A stretch of DNA of 64,000 bases, taken from contig JAKSNG010000004.1 of the NCBI GenBank assembly GCA_024400125.1, forward strand, positions 20,510 through 84,509. Direction: 5' to 3'. Positions within the stretch are counted from its first letter, which is position 1, and each line of letters starts with the position of its first letter. The notes beneath the pieces were generated by a model, which was given only the letters and a program-made list of their open reading frames with translations, was not told the DNA's origin and made no database searches. Both the position numbers and the translations under genes were made by a program. Positions 46,876 through 55,825 of this stretch are shown one piece after another. The DNA comes from Paludibacteraceae bacterium. Lineage in GTDB: Bacteria > Bacteroidota > Bacteroidia > Bacteroidales > Paludibacteraceae.

Positions 46876-48558
46876 TTATTTTTTCCACCAGAAAAAGAAC
46901 TGGTTTTGATGTTGTTTATCAGATTTGGAGCGGGCAACGAAGACCAGCTTCATCGTATAAGGATTAAGTCCCGTATAGAACATAGTGGTAGATAACGTCA
47001 TCGGCGTAGGCGTAAAGTCTTGCACCTGCTCTGGACGATAATGCATGCGCCGCGTTTCTTGGGCGAGTTGCGCCATGTCCTGATTAGTACACCCTGGATG
47101 AGAGGAAATAAAATACGGAATGAGTTGCTGATTCGTGCCGTTCTCTTTATTCACATTCAAGAAGAAATCACGGAAACGCAAATACGCCTTCCAATCGGGC
47201 TTGCGCATAAGTTGCAGCACATTGGACGAGGTGTGTTCGGGCGCCACTTTAAGTCGCCCAGAGACATGACGCGTGATGAGTTGTCGTCCATACTCGTCAC
47301 TCATCAAATCATACCGAATACCCGAACCGACATACGCATGTTTGACTTCGGGCAAAGCATCAACGGTACGATAGATATCTAACAATGGCGCAAAATTAGC
47401 GTTTAAGTTACGACATATACCAGGTTGCAGACACGATGGTCGTGCACATTGCTCGCAGAGCGACTTGTCCTTGCCACGCATAGCGTACATATTGGCACTT
47501 GGTCCACCTAAATCGGAAATAACGCCATGCCAATCAGGCAAAGTCGTGAGCCGCTGAATCTGCCGCAAGATAGACTCTTTGGAGCGCGATGCAATTTGTT
47601 TGCCCTGATGAGCAGAGATGGTGCAGAACGAACATCCACCAAAACAACCACGATGCAAGCATACCGAGAAACGAATCATCTCATACGCAGGAATACGTTT
47701 GTCTTTGTACTTAGGATGTGGCAGATATTGGAATGGCAAATCATAGATAGCATCTAACTCCTCCGTAGTCATTGTGTCATACGGCGGATTAACCACTATA
47801 TCGTCCTGCACAATAGTAGCAGCATGAATCTTATTACTCTCGACTTCAATGCGTTTGAAATCCTCCGCATGGCATCGTTTGTCACGTTGTTCCTCAGCAA
47901 AACTATGCAGTATGATTGCGTCATCGGGAATAACAGTGGATGCCGTTCGACAAAAAGCCGTTTGCGGAATAGTGGTAGGTGTATCACGATGCGACTTGTA
48001 CCACTGCGCAATGTCAACAATGGCTTTTTCGCCCATACCGTAGATGAGTACATCCGCTTGCGAATCGACTAAGATAGACGGCATCAGTGTGTCCGACCAA
48101 TAGTCATAATGCGCCAGACGACGCATAGACGCCTCAATGCCGCCGATGACGATAGGTACATCTGGATATAACTGTTTGAGAATACGGCAATACGTGATGG
48201 TGCAATAGTCTGGACGCGCCCCTGCCCTGCCCTCGGGCGTAAACGCATCATCCGAACGCAACCGACGTGCAGCCGTATAGTGATTAACCATCGAGTCCAT
48301 GCAGCCAGCCGTGACCGCAAAAAACAGACGAGGTTGTCCCAACTTAGTAAAATCACGATGGTCACCACGCCAATCGGGCTGCGGAACGATAGCCACTTGA
48401 TAGCCAGCATGCTCTAACACACGCCCAATAACGGCTGCACCAAACTGAGGATGGTCAATGTACGCATCCCCAGAAAAAAGGACTATATCCACTTCCGACC
48501 AACCGCGTATGTCTAACTCCTTGCGCGTGGTGGGTAAATATGATTTCAGGTCACTCAA
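46876..48558 (-). CDS. ygiQ: YgiQ family radical SAM protein
   Basis: N-terminal LPTTRKELDIRGW...DAYIDHPQFG and the CxxxCxxC cluster CFGGCSFC. The start is a TTG that overlaps the dnaX stop by 8 nt. Confidence 0.8.
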   Translation of the reverse strand: MSDLKSYLPTTRKELDIRGWSEVDIVLFSGDAYIDHPQFGAAVIGRVLEHAGYQVAIVPQPDWRGDHRDFTKLGQPRLFFAVTAGCMDSMVNHYTAARRLRSDDAFTPEGRAGARPDYCTITYCRILKQLYPDVPIVIGGIEASMRRLAHYDYWSDTLMPSILVDSQADVLIYGMGEKAIVDIAQWYKSHRDTPTTIPQTAFCRTASTVIPDDAIILHSFAEEQRDKRCHAEDFKRIEVESNKIHAATIVQDDIVVNPPYDTMTTEELDAIYDLPFQYLPHPKYKDKRIPAYEMIRFSVCLHRGCFGGCSFCTISAHQGKQIASRSKESILRQIQRLTTLPDWHGVISDLGGPSANMYAMRGKDKSLCEQCARPSCLQPGICRNLNANFAPLLDIYRTVDALPEVKHAYVGSGIRYDLMSDEYGRQLITRHVSGRLKVAPEHTSSNVLQLMRKPDWKAYLRFRDFFLNVNKENGTNQQLIPYFISSHPGCTNQDMAQLAQETRRMHYRPEQVQDFTPTPMTLSTTMFYTGLNPYTMKLVFVARSKSDKQHQNQFFFWWKK

Positions 48559-50230
48559 TTTGTAAGTTCAGCATCGATTTGAGATTCGCCACTTCAGCAT
48601 TCTGCTTGACGAACTCTTTATATTTCTCTTCGGGCGTGTACGCACGATGGGATGTGTCGTATTTAGCTACTTGCAGCGATAACTGCAAACTATCATTATG
48701 TAAAACGGCGCGAATATGATTCATCACCTGTTTACCAAACTTCTTAAACTCCTGCTGCTGCCACGGGTTAGCGAGGGTGAGCACACAATGTTGTTCATCC
48801 ACCAGTTCTGGTCGATATTCAGCGAGGACAGCGAGGAGACGCGGTTCATCTTTGAAGATGTGTGTCAGACCAGCCCACGCGTCCACGAACTGGTCAAGTG
48901 TAAAAGGGCGATTTTCCTCCTGCTTTTGTGGAGCCTCCGTAGGTGGAGTTGACGGTGTCGCTGCCGGTTGCTGTGCCGCAATGTTCACGGAAGGTATAGT
49001 GGGCATCTTGGGCAAAGTCGGTATCTTTGGTGCAGGCTGTGGAGCTGATTTAGCAGCAGGTTGTACAGGCTGCGGTGCCGGTTGTGGTGCGACAGGCTCC
49101 GGTGCTGGTTGTGGTGCAGGCTGAGCAACCACTTGTGGAGCCGCAATCTGCGACAACTGAATCAAGGCTAACTCTACCGTAAGACGCTTGTTCTTAGCCG
49201 TACGATATTGTATGTCGCACGTGTTCATAATATCTAACGCACGGAAAAGCCAAGGAGCAGAACAATGAGCAGCCTGCTCGGCATAGTGTTTGCGAATAGC
49301 GTCTGACGTTTCGAGCAGTTGTATGGTCGCAGCATCTTTAGATACCAATACATCGCGCAAGTGCTGTGCCAAACCGGTAACAAAATTACCCGCATCAAAG
49401 CCTCGTTGTAGCACTTCGTTGAGCAACAGTAGTTCAGCATAAGCATTGGTTTGCAGAGCAGCATCCACGACCTTGAAGTAATAGTCCGAGTCAAGTACGT
49501 TGAGCACTTCGAGTACCTGCTCATAGGTGATGGTATTACCGCAGAAAGCAACGAGTTGGTCAAAGATAGAGAGCGCATCACGCATGCCTCCATCGGCTTT
49601 CTGTGCAATGACGTTGAGTGCATCTTCGCTGGCAGTTATACCTTCCTGTTTAGCTACATATTGCAAATGGTGAATAGTGTCCGCAATAGTGATACGCGAG
49701 AAATCATAGACTTGACAGCGGCTGAGAATAGTGGGTAATACCTTGTGCTTCTCGGTCGTAGCCAAGATAAAAATAGCGTATGAAGGAGGCTCCTCTAAGG
49801 TCTTGAGCAGCGCATTAAATGCCCCCTGAGAGAGCATGTGCACCTCGTCGATGATATAGACGGAGTATTTACCTATTTGTGGCGGGATTCGCACTTCTTG
49901 AATGAGTGTACGAATATCCTCTACCGAGTTATTAGAAGCTGCATCGAGTTCGTGGATGTTGAATGAGCGTTGCTCATTAAAAGCCATACAAGACTCACAT
50001 TGATTGCAAGCATCATGGTCAGCAGTCGGGTTAAGACAGTTGATGGTTTTAGCAAAGATACGTGCACATGTAGTCTTACCTACACCACGCGGTCCACAAA
50101 ACAAATACGCATGCGCGAGATGGTTTTGTCGGATAGCATTTCGTAGTGTCTGTGTTAGAGCAGACTGCCCCACCACCGATTCAAAGGTAGTAGGGCGGTA
50201 TTTTCGTGCCGAGACGATATACTGGTCCAT
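48551..50230 (-). CDS. dnaX: DNA polymerase III subunit gamma/tau
   Basis: Walker A GPRGVGKTT, zinc module CNQCESC, sensor motif SRCQ, and a Pro/Ala/Gln-rich linker. Confidence 0.93.
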   Translation of the reverse strand: MDQYIVSARKYRPTTFESVVGQSALTQTLRNAIRQNHLAHAYLFCGPRGVGKTTCARIFAKTINCLNPTADHDACNQCESCMAFNEQRSFNIHELDAASNNSVEDIRTLIQEVRIPPQIGKYSVYIIDEVHMLSQGAFNALLKTLEEPPSYAIFILATTEKHKVLPTILSRCQVYDFSRITIADTIHHLQYVAKQEGITASEDALNVIAQKADGGMRDALSIFDQLVAFCGNTITYEQVLEVLNVLDSDYYFKVVDAALQTNAYAELLLLNEVLQRGFDAGNFVTGLAQHLRDVLVSKDAATIQLLETSDAIRKHYAEQAAHCSAPWLFRALDIMNTCDIQYRTAKNKRLTVELALIQLSQIAAPQVVAQPAPQPAPEPVAPQPAPQPVQPAAKSAPQPAPKIPTLPKMPTIPSVNIAAQQPAATPSTPPTEAPQKQEENRPFTLDQFVDAWAGLTHIFKDEPRLLAVLAEYRPELVDEQHCVLTLANPWQQQEFKKFGKQVMNHIRAVLHNDSLQLSLQVAKYDTSHRAYTPEEKYKEFVKQNAEVANLKSMLNLQIE

Positions 50231-50241
50231 AATAGAATTAT

Positions 50242-51618
50242 TTATCGCGTTAGTGCTGCTTTTATTTGTATTATCTTGTGCCTAAAGACGGGATCACTAC
50301 TCATCCAATCTTTGGTCTGCTTTAAGGAGTGTAAGACCGTAGCATGTGTACGCCCTCCGATAGCATTACCTATCTCGGCGAGGGAGTGCTCGGTAAGTTC
50401 TTTGGCAAGGTAGATGGACACGTGTCTCGCCTCCATAACCTCTTTGCTACGAGAATCAGATACGATGGCTTTTTGTGGCACATTAAAGTGCTCCGACACG
50501 CAACCTAATATATCGGACATATCAATAGCCATCGGTTTGATTTCGACAATGCGTCCAACTACTTGCTCTGCAAGTGCCATATCAATCTCGCAGTTAGTGA
50601 GCGTAGAGTACGCTAAAAGCGATGCCATGACGCCTTCAAGGTCACGGATAGAGTCACGCACGTTATTGGCAATAAAGTCCACTATTTCAGGCGCCATAGA
50701 GACTCCGTCTCGGTGCATCTTGCTCAATAGAATATCCTTACGCAGTTGGAAGTCTGGACGAGTAATTTCTGCTGACAAACCCCATTTGAAACGAGTCAGC
50801 AGACGATCTTCAATGTCCTTGAGTTGTAGAGGCATACGATCTGACGTCAGAATGAGTTGTTTATGCGACTGCTGCAAGTAATTGAAGATATGAAAGAACG
50901 TATCCTGAGTACCGTCCAAGTGTGCGAAATACTGAATATCATCCACAATAAGTACATCCACCTGCTGGTAGAAATTGAGGAAGTCAGGAATACGATGTTC
51001 CTGCGTTGCCGCCATATACTGCAGTTTGAACGTATTAGCAGACACATAAAGCACTTTCTTAGATGGATCTAAAGCCTTCACTTGATTACCAATAGCACAT
51101 GCTAAGTGTGTCTTACCCACTCCACTTCCACCATAAATAAATAGCGGATTGAAAGCAGTATATCCTGGCAACTCTGCCACTTTGAGACCTGCCACGCGCG
51201 CTAATTTGTTAGGTTCACCCGCGATGAAAGTATCAAACGTATAACTTGCATTGAGTTGCGTATCAAACGTATTTTCCTGCTGCCGAATAGCAGGTTGTGC
51301 AGCAACAGCTGTTGCACTGCCATTGGCAGATGCAATGGTAGAGCTGGCGCCCGACTGAGCATCAATCACTGCCTGATAATTCAAACGCGTATCCGGTCCA
51401 AAAACACGGAAGATGACTTTTGAAAGAATAGAGATGTAATTCTCCTCTATATATTGCGCGATAAAGGGTGAACGTACCTGCAGAACTAACACACCATCGT
51501 TGAATGAAAGCGGAACAATAGGCGCAAACCATGTTTGATACGCACTTGCCGTCAAATTATCCTGCAAGATAACCTGACATTCATGCCACATAGTCATTAT
51601 GTTATTGTCCTGATTCAT
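50242..51618 (-). CDS. dnaA: chromosomal replication initiator protein
   Basis: Walker A GGSGVGKTHL, Walker B LIVDDIQ, and the C-terminal DNA-binding helix region ...THATVLHS. The ATG at 51618 (MNQDNN) was chosen because the promoter lies inside the longer ORF. Confidence 0.93.
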   Translation of the reverse strand: MNQDNNIMTMWHECQVILQDNLTASAYQTWFAPIVPLSFNDGVLVLQVRSPFIAQYIEENYISILSKVIFRVFGPDTRLNYQAVIDAQSGASSTIASANGSATAVAAQPAIRQQENTFDTQLNASYTFDTFIAGEPNKLARVAGLKVAELPGYTAFNPLFIYGGSGVGKTHLACAIGNQVKALDPSKKVLYVSANTFKLQYMAATQEHRIPDFLNFYQQVDVLIVDDIQYFAHLDGTQDTFFHIFNYLQQSHKQLILTSDRMPLQLKDIEDRLLTRFKWGLSAEITRPDFQLRKDILLSKMHRDGVSMAPEIVDFIANNVRDSIRDLEGVMASLLAYSTLTNCEIDMALAEQVVGRIVEIKPMAIDMSDILGCVSEHFNVPQKAIVSDSRSKEVMEARHVSIYLAKELTEHSLAEIGNAIGGRTHATVLHSLKQTKDWMSSDPVFRHKIIQIKAALTR

Positions 51619-51666
51619 TTTCGTTGAGCGCAAAAAAAGTTCGGCTTTCTTCGCCGAAATCGAGTG

Positions 51667-51697
51667 CAAAAGTACTGCTTTTTTTTGAATTGGCAAA
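51667..51697 (-). promoter_or_regulatory. dnaA promoter
   Basis: The minus strand reads TTTG (51694-51697), a 19-nt spacer, then TACTTTTG (51667-51674). The -33 box lies inside a 9-bp-arm inverted repeat (51690-51716). Confidence 0.6.
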
Positions 51698-51923
51698 ATT
51701 TGTCACGTTTTGCCAATATGACATTGTTTTCGTATATACGCGAAATTCAACACATTACGAAAAATCACCACATTATCAGCGATTTATAAGAGTTATGAAC
51801 ACCTAACTCACTGATATTTAAGCAAAGCAAGCAGATGAACTTTCCTCAAAGGCTATTTCGCACACCGATTTTAGTACTATTTTCGGGGTATGAAAGATTC
51901 TTCTTTTTTGTACAAGTTTCAAA

Positions 51924-52844
51924 TTACTTTGTCTTGTTTTTAGACTTATCTTTGGCACCAAAGAGAGAAAAATGTACGTATCGTTTTGGATTAGCCTTGA
52001 GATCAACGAGCAGGGAGTCAGCAGAAAGGATAGTTGCGTTGATATGATTGTATAGCGCACCATCATTGATGAGTTTGCCGAGGGTACCATCGGTTGTTTG
52101 AGCTTCTGCGAGTACTGCATTAACCTGCGTGATAGCAGTATCGACTTTAGCGATAGTGACTTTCAAGTCTGCTTCGTTTAAGTCAGAAGATATTTTATTG
52201 AGACTAATCATTGTCTGATCCACATTATCAACGATAGTGGGAATTTTATGCTGCATGAGTTGCTTCAGTTCTGCAGACGAAACCTCCATATCCGCTGAGA
52301 TATGGTCAATATGCGCCAGAGAGGACTTGATATAATCATCTCCTAATTGATTATTCAGATTAGTCAGCAGTTGTTGAGCTTGCACAACGGTTTGTTGCAA
52401 ATCGTCCATAACTCCTTCCTGCAGCTGTTCAACGAGTCCAGAAATCACATCCGTGGGTAAATAATCATCCGGTTGATGTACGGATATTACAGATTGATTA
52501 ACAGGGATTTGCAGTTCAATAGCGGTGCCACCAAGCAAACCATTGGGAACTAATCGCATACAAGTACCGATGGGCACTTGAATATCTTTATCGACCGAGA
52601 TATCAATAGTGAAAGCACTATCTTTGGTAAAATCGTACCGGATATGGTCAACTTGTCCCACTTTATAACCGCGTACGAGCACAGGAGCTTGTTCTGCTAA
52701 CCCATCGACATGCGTATAGACGCCATGATAGGCGTAGGTTGAGGAAAAGATATTAACTCCTTTAAGAAAAAATAGACCATAGAAAAGTAATCCACCACAA
52801 ATGATAGCTAATAATCCAACTTTAATTTCACGAGCATATTTCAT
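51924..52844 (-). CDS. mlaD: MlaD/MCE family protein
   Basis: An N-terminal TM helix followed by an MCE domain (VRGYKVGQVDHI...) and a long helical C-terminus. Confidence 0.75.
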   Translation of the reverse strand: MKYAREIKVGLLAIICGGLLFYGLFFLKGVNIFSSTYAYHGVYTHVDGLAEQAPVLVRGYKVGQVDHIRYDFTKDSAFTIDISVDKDIQVPIGTCMRLVPNGLLGGTAIELQIPVNQSVISVHQPDDYLPTDVISGLVEQLQEGVMDDLQQTVVQAQQLLTNLNNQLGDDYIKSSLAHIDHISADMEVSSAELKQLMQHKIPTIVDNVDQTMISLNKISSDLNEADLKVTIAKVDTAITQVNAVLAEAQTTDGTLGKLINDGALYNHINATILSADSLLVDLKANPKRYVHFSLFGAKDKSKNKTK

Positions 52845-52846
52845 AG

Positions 52847-53929
52847 TTACTGTAATTTAATGACAAAACAATCTGGGAATTTATTTTTTACTTGTTCTTT
52901 GAGCGCAGCAGCAGCTTCACGAGTTGCTTCGCGTCCGTAGTAGTATTTGTACCACTCACCTTTTTGAATGTAATAACACCCTTGCAATCCATGGAAACGT
53001 GCATCATTGTCAGGCAGAATAGTGTGCGACGCAAATAACTGCACAGCATACACTTCAGTGGATGGTGTGGGAAGTTGCTGTTGAGGCTTTGCAGACGATG
53101 TCGTTTGAGGCTTTGTTTGCGGCTTAGTTTGCGGTTCTGGAGTTGCCACTACTTTCTCTTTGCGGATTTGTTTATAGAAAGTAGCGAAGGAGTTCTCAAT
53201 AGCTTGCGCAATCTCATTTTGCCCTTTGGAAGAGACAAGATACTGCTCATCACTGGCATTGGAAATAAATCCCATTTCGACCAAGACACTTGGGCAAGCG
53301 GATTTGAGCAAGACCCAGAAAGCAGCTTGTCGCACACCGCGGTCACCACGTTTAAGCGTATTTGCGAACTGCTGCTGCAAGAGAGACGCAAAAGTGAGAC
53401 TCTGATCCATGTACTGATTTTGCATCAGTTCAAACATGATATAAGAGTCCACTGAGTTTGGGTCAAAACCTTGATAAGTAGTTTGATAGTCCGTTTCCAG
53501 TTTGATAACAGCGTTTTCACGCATAGCTACATCCAAGTTACTTTCCATTTTATCCGTGCCTAAAACAAATGTCTCCATACCTTGAGCCGATGCATTAGGT
53601 GAAGCATTCGTATGAATGCAGATAAAGAGATTCGCGTCATTCTTATTGACAAAGTCTGCACGTTTCTGCAACGGAATAAAAAAGTCCGTTTCACGTGTAT
53701 AGAACACTTTGACTTCTGGATGATTTTCTTTAATCAATTGTCCAGCGAGAAGAGCGACCTTGAGGTTCAGGTCTTTCTCCTGCGAGCGTTGTCCAATTGC
53801 GCCAGGGTCTTGTCCTCCGTGTCCGGCATCAATGACTACAACGAAAGGTTTAGAAGCAGCCGGAGCAGCCCATACGGATGACGAGAATCCCATCCATAGC
53901 GCACATATTATAAATAAGGAGTGTTTCAT
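52847..53929 (-). CDS. N-acetylmuramoyl-L-alanine amidase with C-terminal SPOR domain
   Basis: Amidase_3 motif VVIDAGHGGQDPGA, a TKPQ x3 linker, and a SPOR-like C-terminus. The ATG at 53929 (MKHSLFII signal peptide) abuts the upstream stop. Confidence 0.85.
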   Translation of the reverse strand: MKHSLFIICALWMGFSSSVWAAPAASKPFVVVIDAGHGGQDPGAIGQRSQEKDLNLKVALLAGQLIKENHPEVKVFYTRETDFFIPLQKRADFVNKNDANLFICIHTNASPNASAQGMETFVLGTDKMESNLDVAMRENAVIKLETDYQTTYQGFDPNSVDSYIMFELMQNQYMDQSLTFASLLQQQFANTLKRGDRGVRQAAFWVLLKSACPSVLVEMGFISNASDEQYLVSSKGQNEIAQAIENSFATFYKQIRKEKVVATPEPQTKPQTKPQTTSSAKPQQQLPTPSTEVYAVQLFASHTILPDNDARFHGLQGCYYIQKGEWYKYYYGREATREAAAALKEQVKNKFPDCFVIKLQ

Positions 53930-53930
53930 G

Positions 53931-54896
53931 TTACTTCTTCTTTTTGATAGTATCAAAGCCTTGTCCAAATACGCCACTGACAGCTGCATAACTAATAAAC
54001 GCATTTGGATCAATATTACTGACCATTTGCATGATATAACTGGCTTCGTGTTTGCGGGCTAAGACGGTAACAACTTCTATGTTTTTCTTACTATACCACC
54101 CCATTCCATTGAGCATGGTCACACCGCGATGGGCAGTTTGGTTGATAGCAGTAGCGATTTCAGCACTTTTAGCAGAGAAGATGAAGAACTGCACCGATTG
54201 ACGCACACGATTGATAATCCAATCGACGGCTGCGGTATAGGAAACCGTCATCGCGATACCGCACATAATACGCTTGAACTTGAAATCAAGAATATTGGTG
54301 ACGTTCGCCATCTGATATTCTGGTATCGGCAAGAAGAAACTACTCAAGATAATGATACTGTCACAAATGACCATCACTTTACCCAATGAGACATCTTTAT
54401 AGTGATTGACAATCATGGCAATAATATCTGTGCCGCCAGATGATCCGTTATTGAGTATCACAATACCCAAGCAGATACCAAAAAGTACACCTCCCACAAT
54501 ACATCCAAGTAGCGGCTCCGTCACTAACGGCTCTTCGCGAATCGGTATCATACGATACCAAAACGCCAAGCAAATAACTCCCCATACCGTACGAATACAA
54601 AAACGCCATCCAACTGTTAATCCAGCAATGACGAGCAAAATCGTATTAAAAACAAGTGTCGTTAGCCAAATAGGTATGGCGCCATTAAAGACTGGGAAGA
54701 GCGCAGGAAATGCTCCTTGTGTTGCATAATAGATGATGGAACATATACCAGTTAAACCACCACCCGCTACATTGTGCGGCACAAAAATCCAGTTCACCAT
54801 CGCTGCAAACGGGCAAAGCACTATAAAAATAGTGATATATTCTCGTATGACAGCAATAGCATGTTGTTTAGGAGTATAGACGTCGTGTTCGTTCAT
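53931..54896 (-). CDS. YitT family membrane protein (DUF2179 C-terminal domain)
   Basis: A polytopic N-terminal half with GGTDI, then a soluble C-terminal domain. It is a tandem paralog of the next gene. Confidence 0.8.
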   Translation of the reverse strand: MNEHDVYTPKQHAIAVIREYITIFIVLCPFAAMVNWIFVPHNVAGGGLTGICSIIYYATQGAFPALFPVFNGAIPIWLTTLVFNTILLVIAGLTVGWRFCIRTVWGVICLAFWYRMIPIREEPLVTEPLLGCIVGGVLFGICLGIVILNNGSSGGTDIIAMIVNHYKDVSLGKVMVICDSIIILSSFFLPIPEYQMANVTNILDFKFKRIMCGIAMTVSYTAAVDWIINRVRQSVQFFIFSAKSAEIATAINQTAHRGVTMLNGMGWYSKKNIEVVTVLARKHEASYIMQMVSNIDPNAFISYAAVSGVFGQGFDTIKKKK

Positions 54897-54908
54897 AGTA
54901 TAAGGTAT

Positions 54909-55823
54909 TTATTTCTCTTTTATCGATTCAAAGCCGCGTCCGAAGACGCCCATGGTCTGTGTTTCGCTAACAAAAGCGTCTGGGTCAATAGCGCGCACGA
55001 GACGGAAAATACGAGTTGACTCGTTCTTGCGCGCGATAACTGTGATTACTTTCATATCTCGTCCTGTATAACCGCCTTGACCATTGAGAACAGTGACTCC
55101 GCGAGGTATTTGTGTCATGATAGCGTTCTTAATCTCCTCATAATGAGCGGAAAAGATAAAGAACTGCACCGATTGACGAACTCGCCCCATAACCCAATCA
55201 ACTGCCGTAGAAGACATGAAAGTATAACATAGACCGAATAGCACTTTCTCCAAACTCCGCACTTCTGGCAAAAAATACGCGCCAGAGATGATAAGAACAT
55301 TACAGAACAACATCGCACGACCGATAGGCAAGTGTCCAAACTTAGAGAGAATGACAGCTGTGATATCTGTACCTCCTGTCGATCCGTTATTAAGCAAGAC
55401 ATACCCGAGTCCGACACCACTAAATAATCCACCTAATATAACTGCCATAAATGGGTCAGAGATAGCAGGAATCTCAGGTATAGGAATGAGTTTGAACCAA
55501 ATAGTGAGGCAGAGTACGCCATAGAGCGTGCGTAGGCAGAATTTCCATCCAATAATTTTAAGAGCTGTTAACAATAGACCAACGTTTATCACCAAGTTAG
55601 TTGCCCAGATGGGTAATATACCATTAGACGCGAAGTACAAGATCTCACAAAAACCTGCCAAACCGCCACCAACGATAGCATGTGGTAATAAAATACGATT
55701 AACCGCAATAGCAAATGGAGCACAAGCAGCAGCAATAACAAGCAATTCCTTTGCCGCAATGAATGGCTTCATGCGGCGATAATTATGTAAGCGTGTTTCT
55801 AATTCAGCCTTTGATAGTTTCAT
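54909..55823 (-). CDS. YitT family membrane protein (paralog)
   Basis: Same architecture, with clear similarity to 53931..54896 (e.g. NNGSTGGTDI, VRQSVQFFIFSA). Confidence 0.8.
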   Translation of the reverse strand: MKLSKAELETRLHNYRRMKPFIAAKELLVIAAACAPFAIAVNRILLPHAIVGGGLAGFCEILYFASNGILPIWATNLVINVGLLLTALKIIGWKFCLRTLYGVLCLTIWFKLIPIPEIPAISDPFMAVILGGLFSGVGLGYVLLNNGSTGGTDITAVILSKFGHLPIGRAMLFCNVLIISGAYFLPEVRSLEKVLFGLCYTFMSSTAVDWVMGRVRQSVQFFIFSAHYEEIKNAIMTQIPRGVTVLNGQGGYTGRDMKVITVIARKNESTRIFRLVRAIDPDAFVSETQTMGVFGRGFESIKEK

Positions 55824-55825
55824 AT

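Noticed and set aside
51619-51696. A 26-codon 5' extension of dnaA.
   Set aside because: The extension contains the TACTTTTG -7 promoter element (51667-51674). The ATG at 51618 gives a normal DnaA N-terminus.
53930-54013. A 28-codon 5' extension of the amidase ORF.
   Set aside because: It overlaps the 3' end of the upstream YitT gene. The ATG at 53929 starts a proper signal peptide (MKHSLFIICALWMGF).
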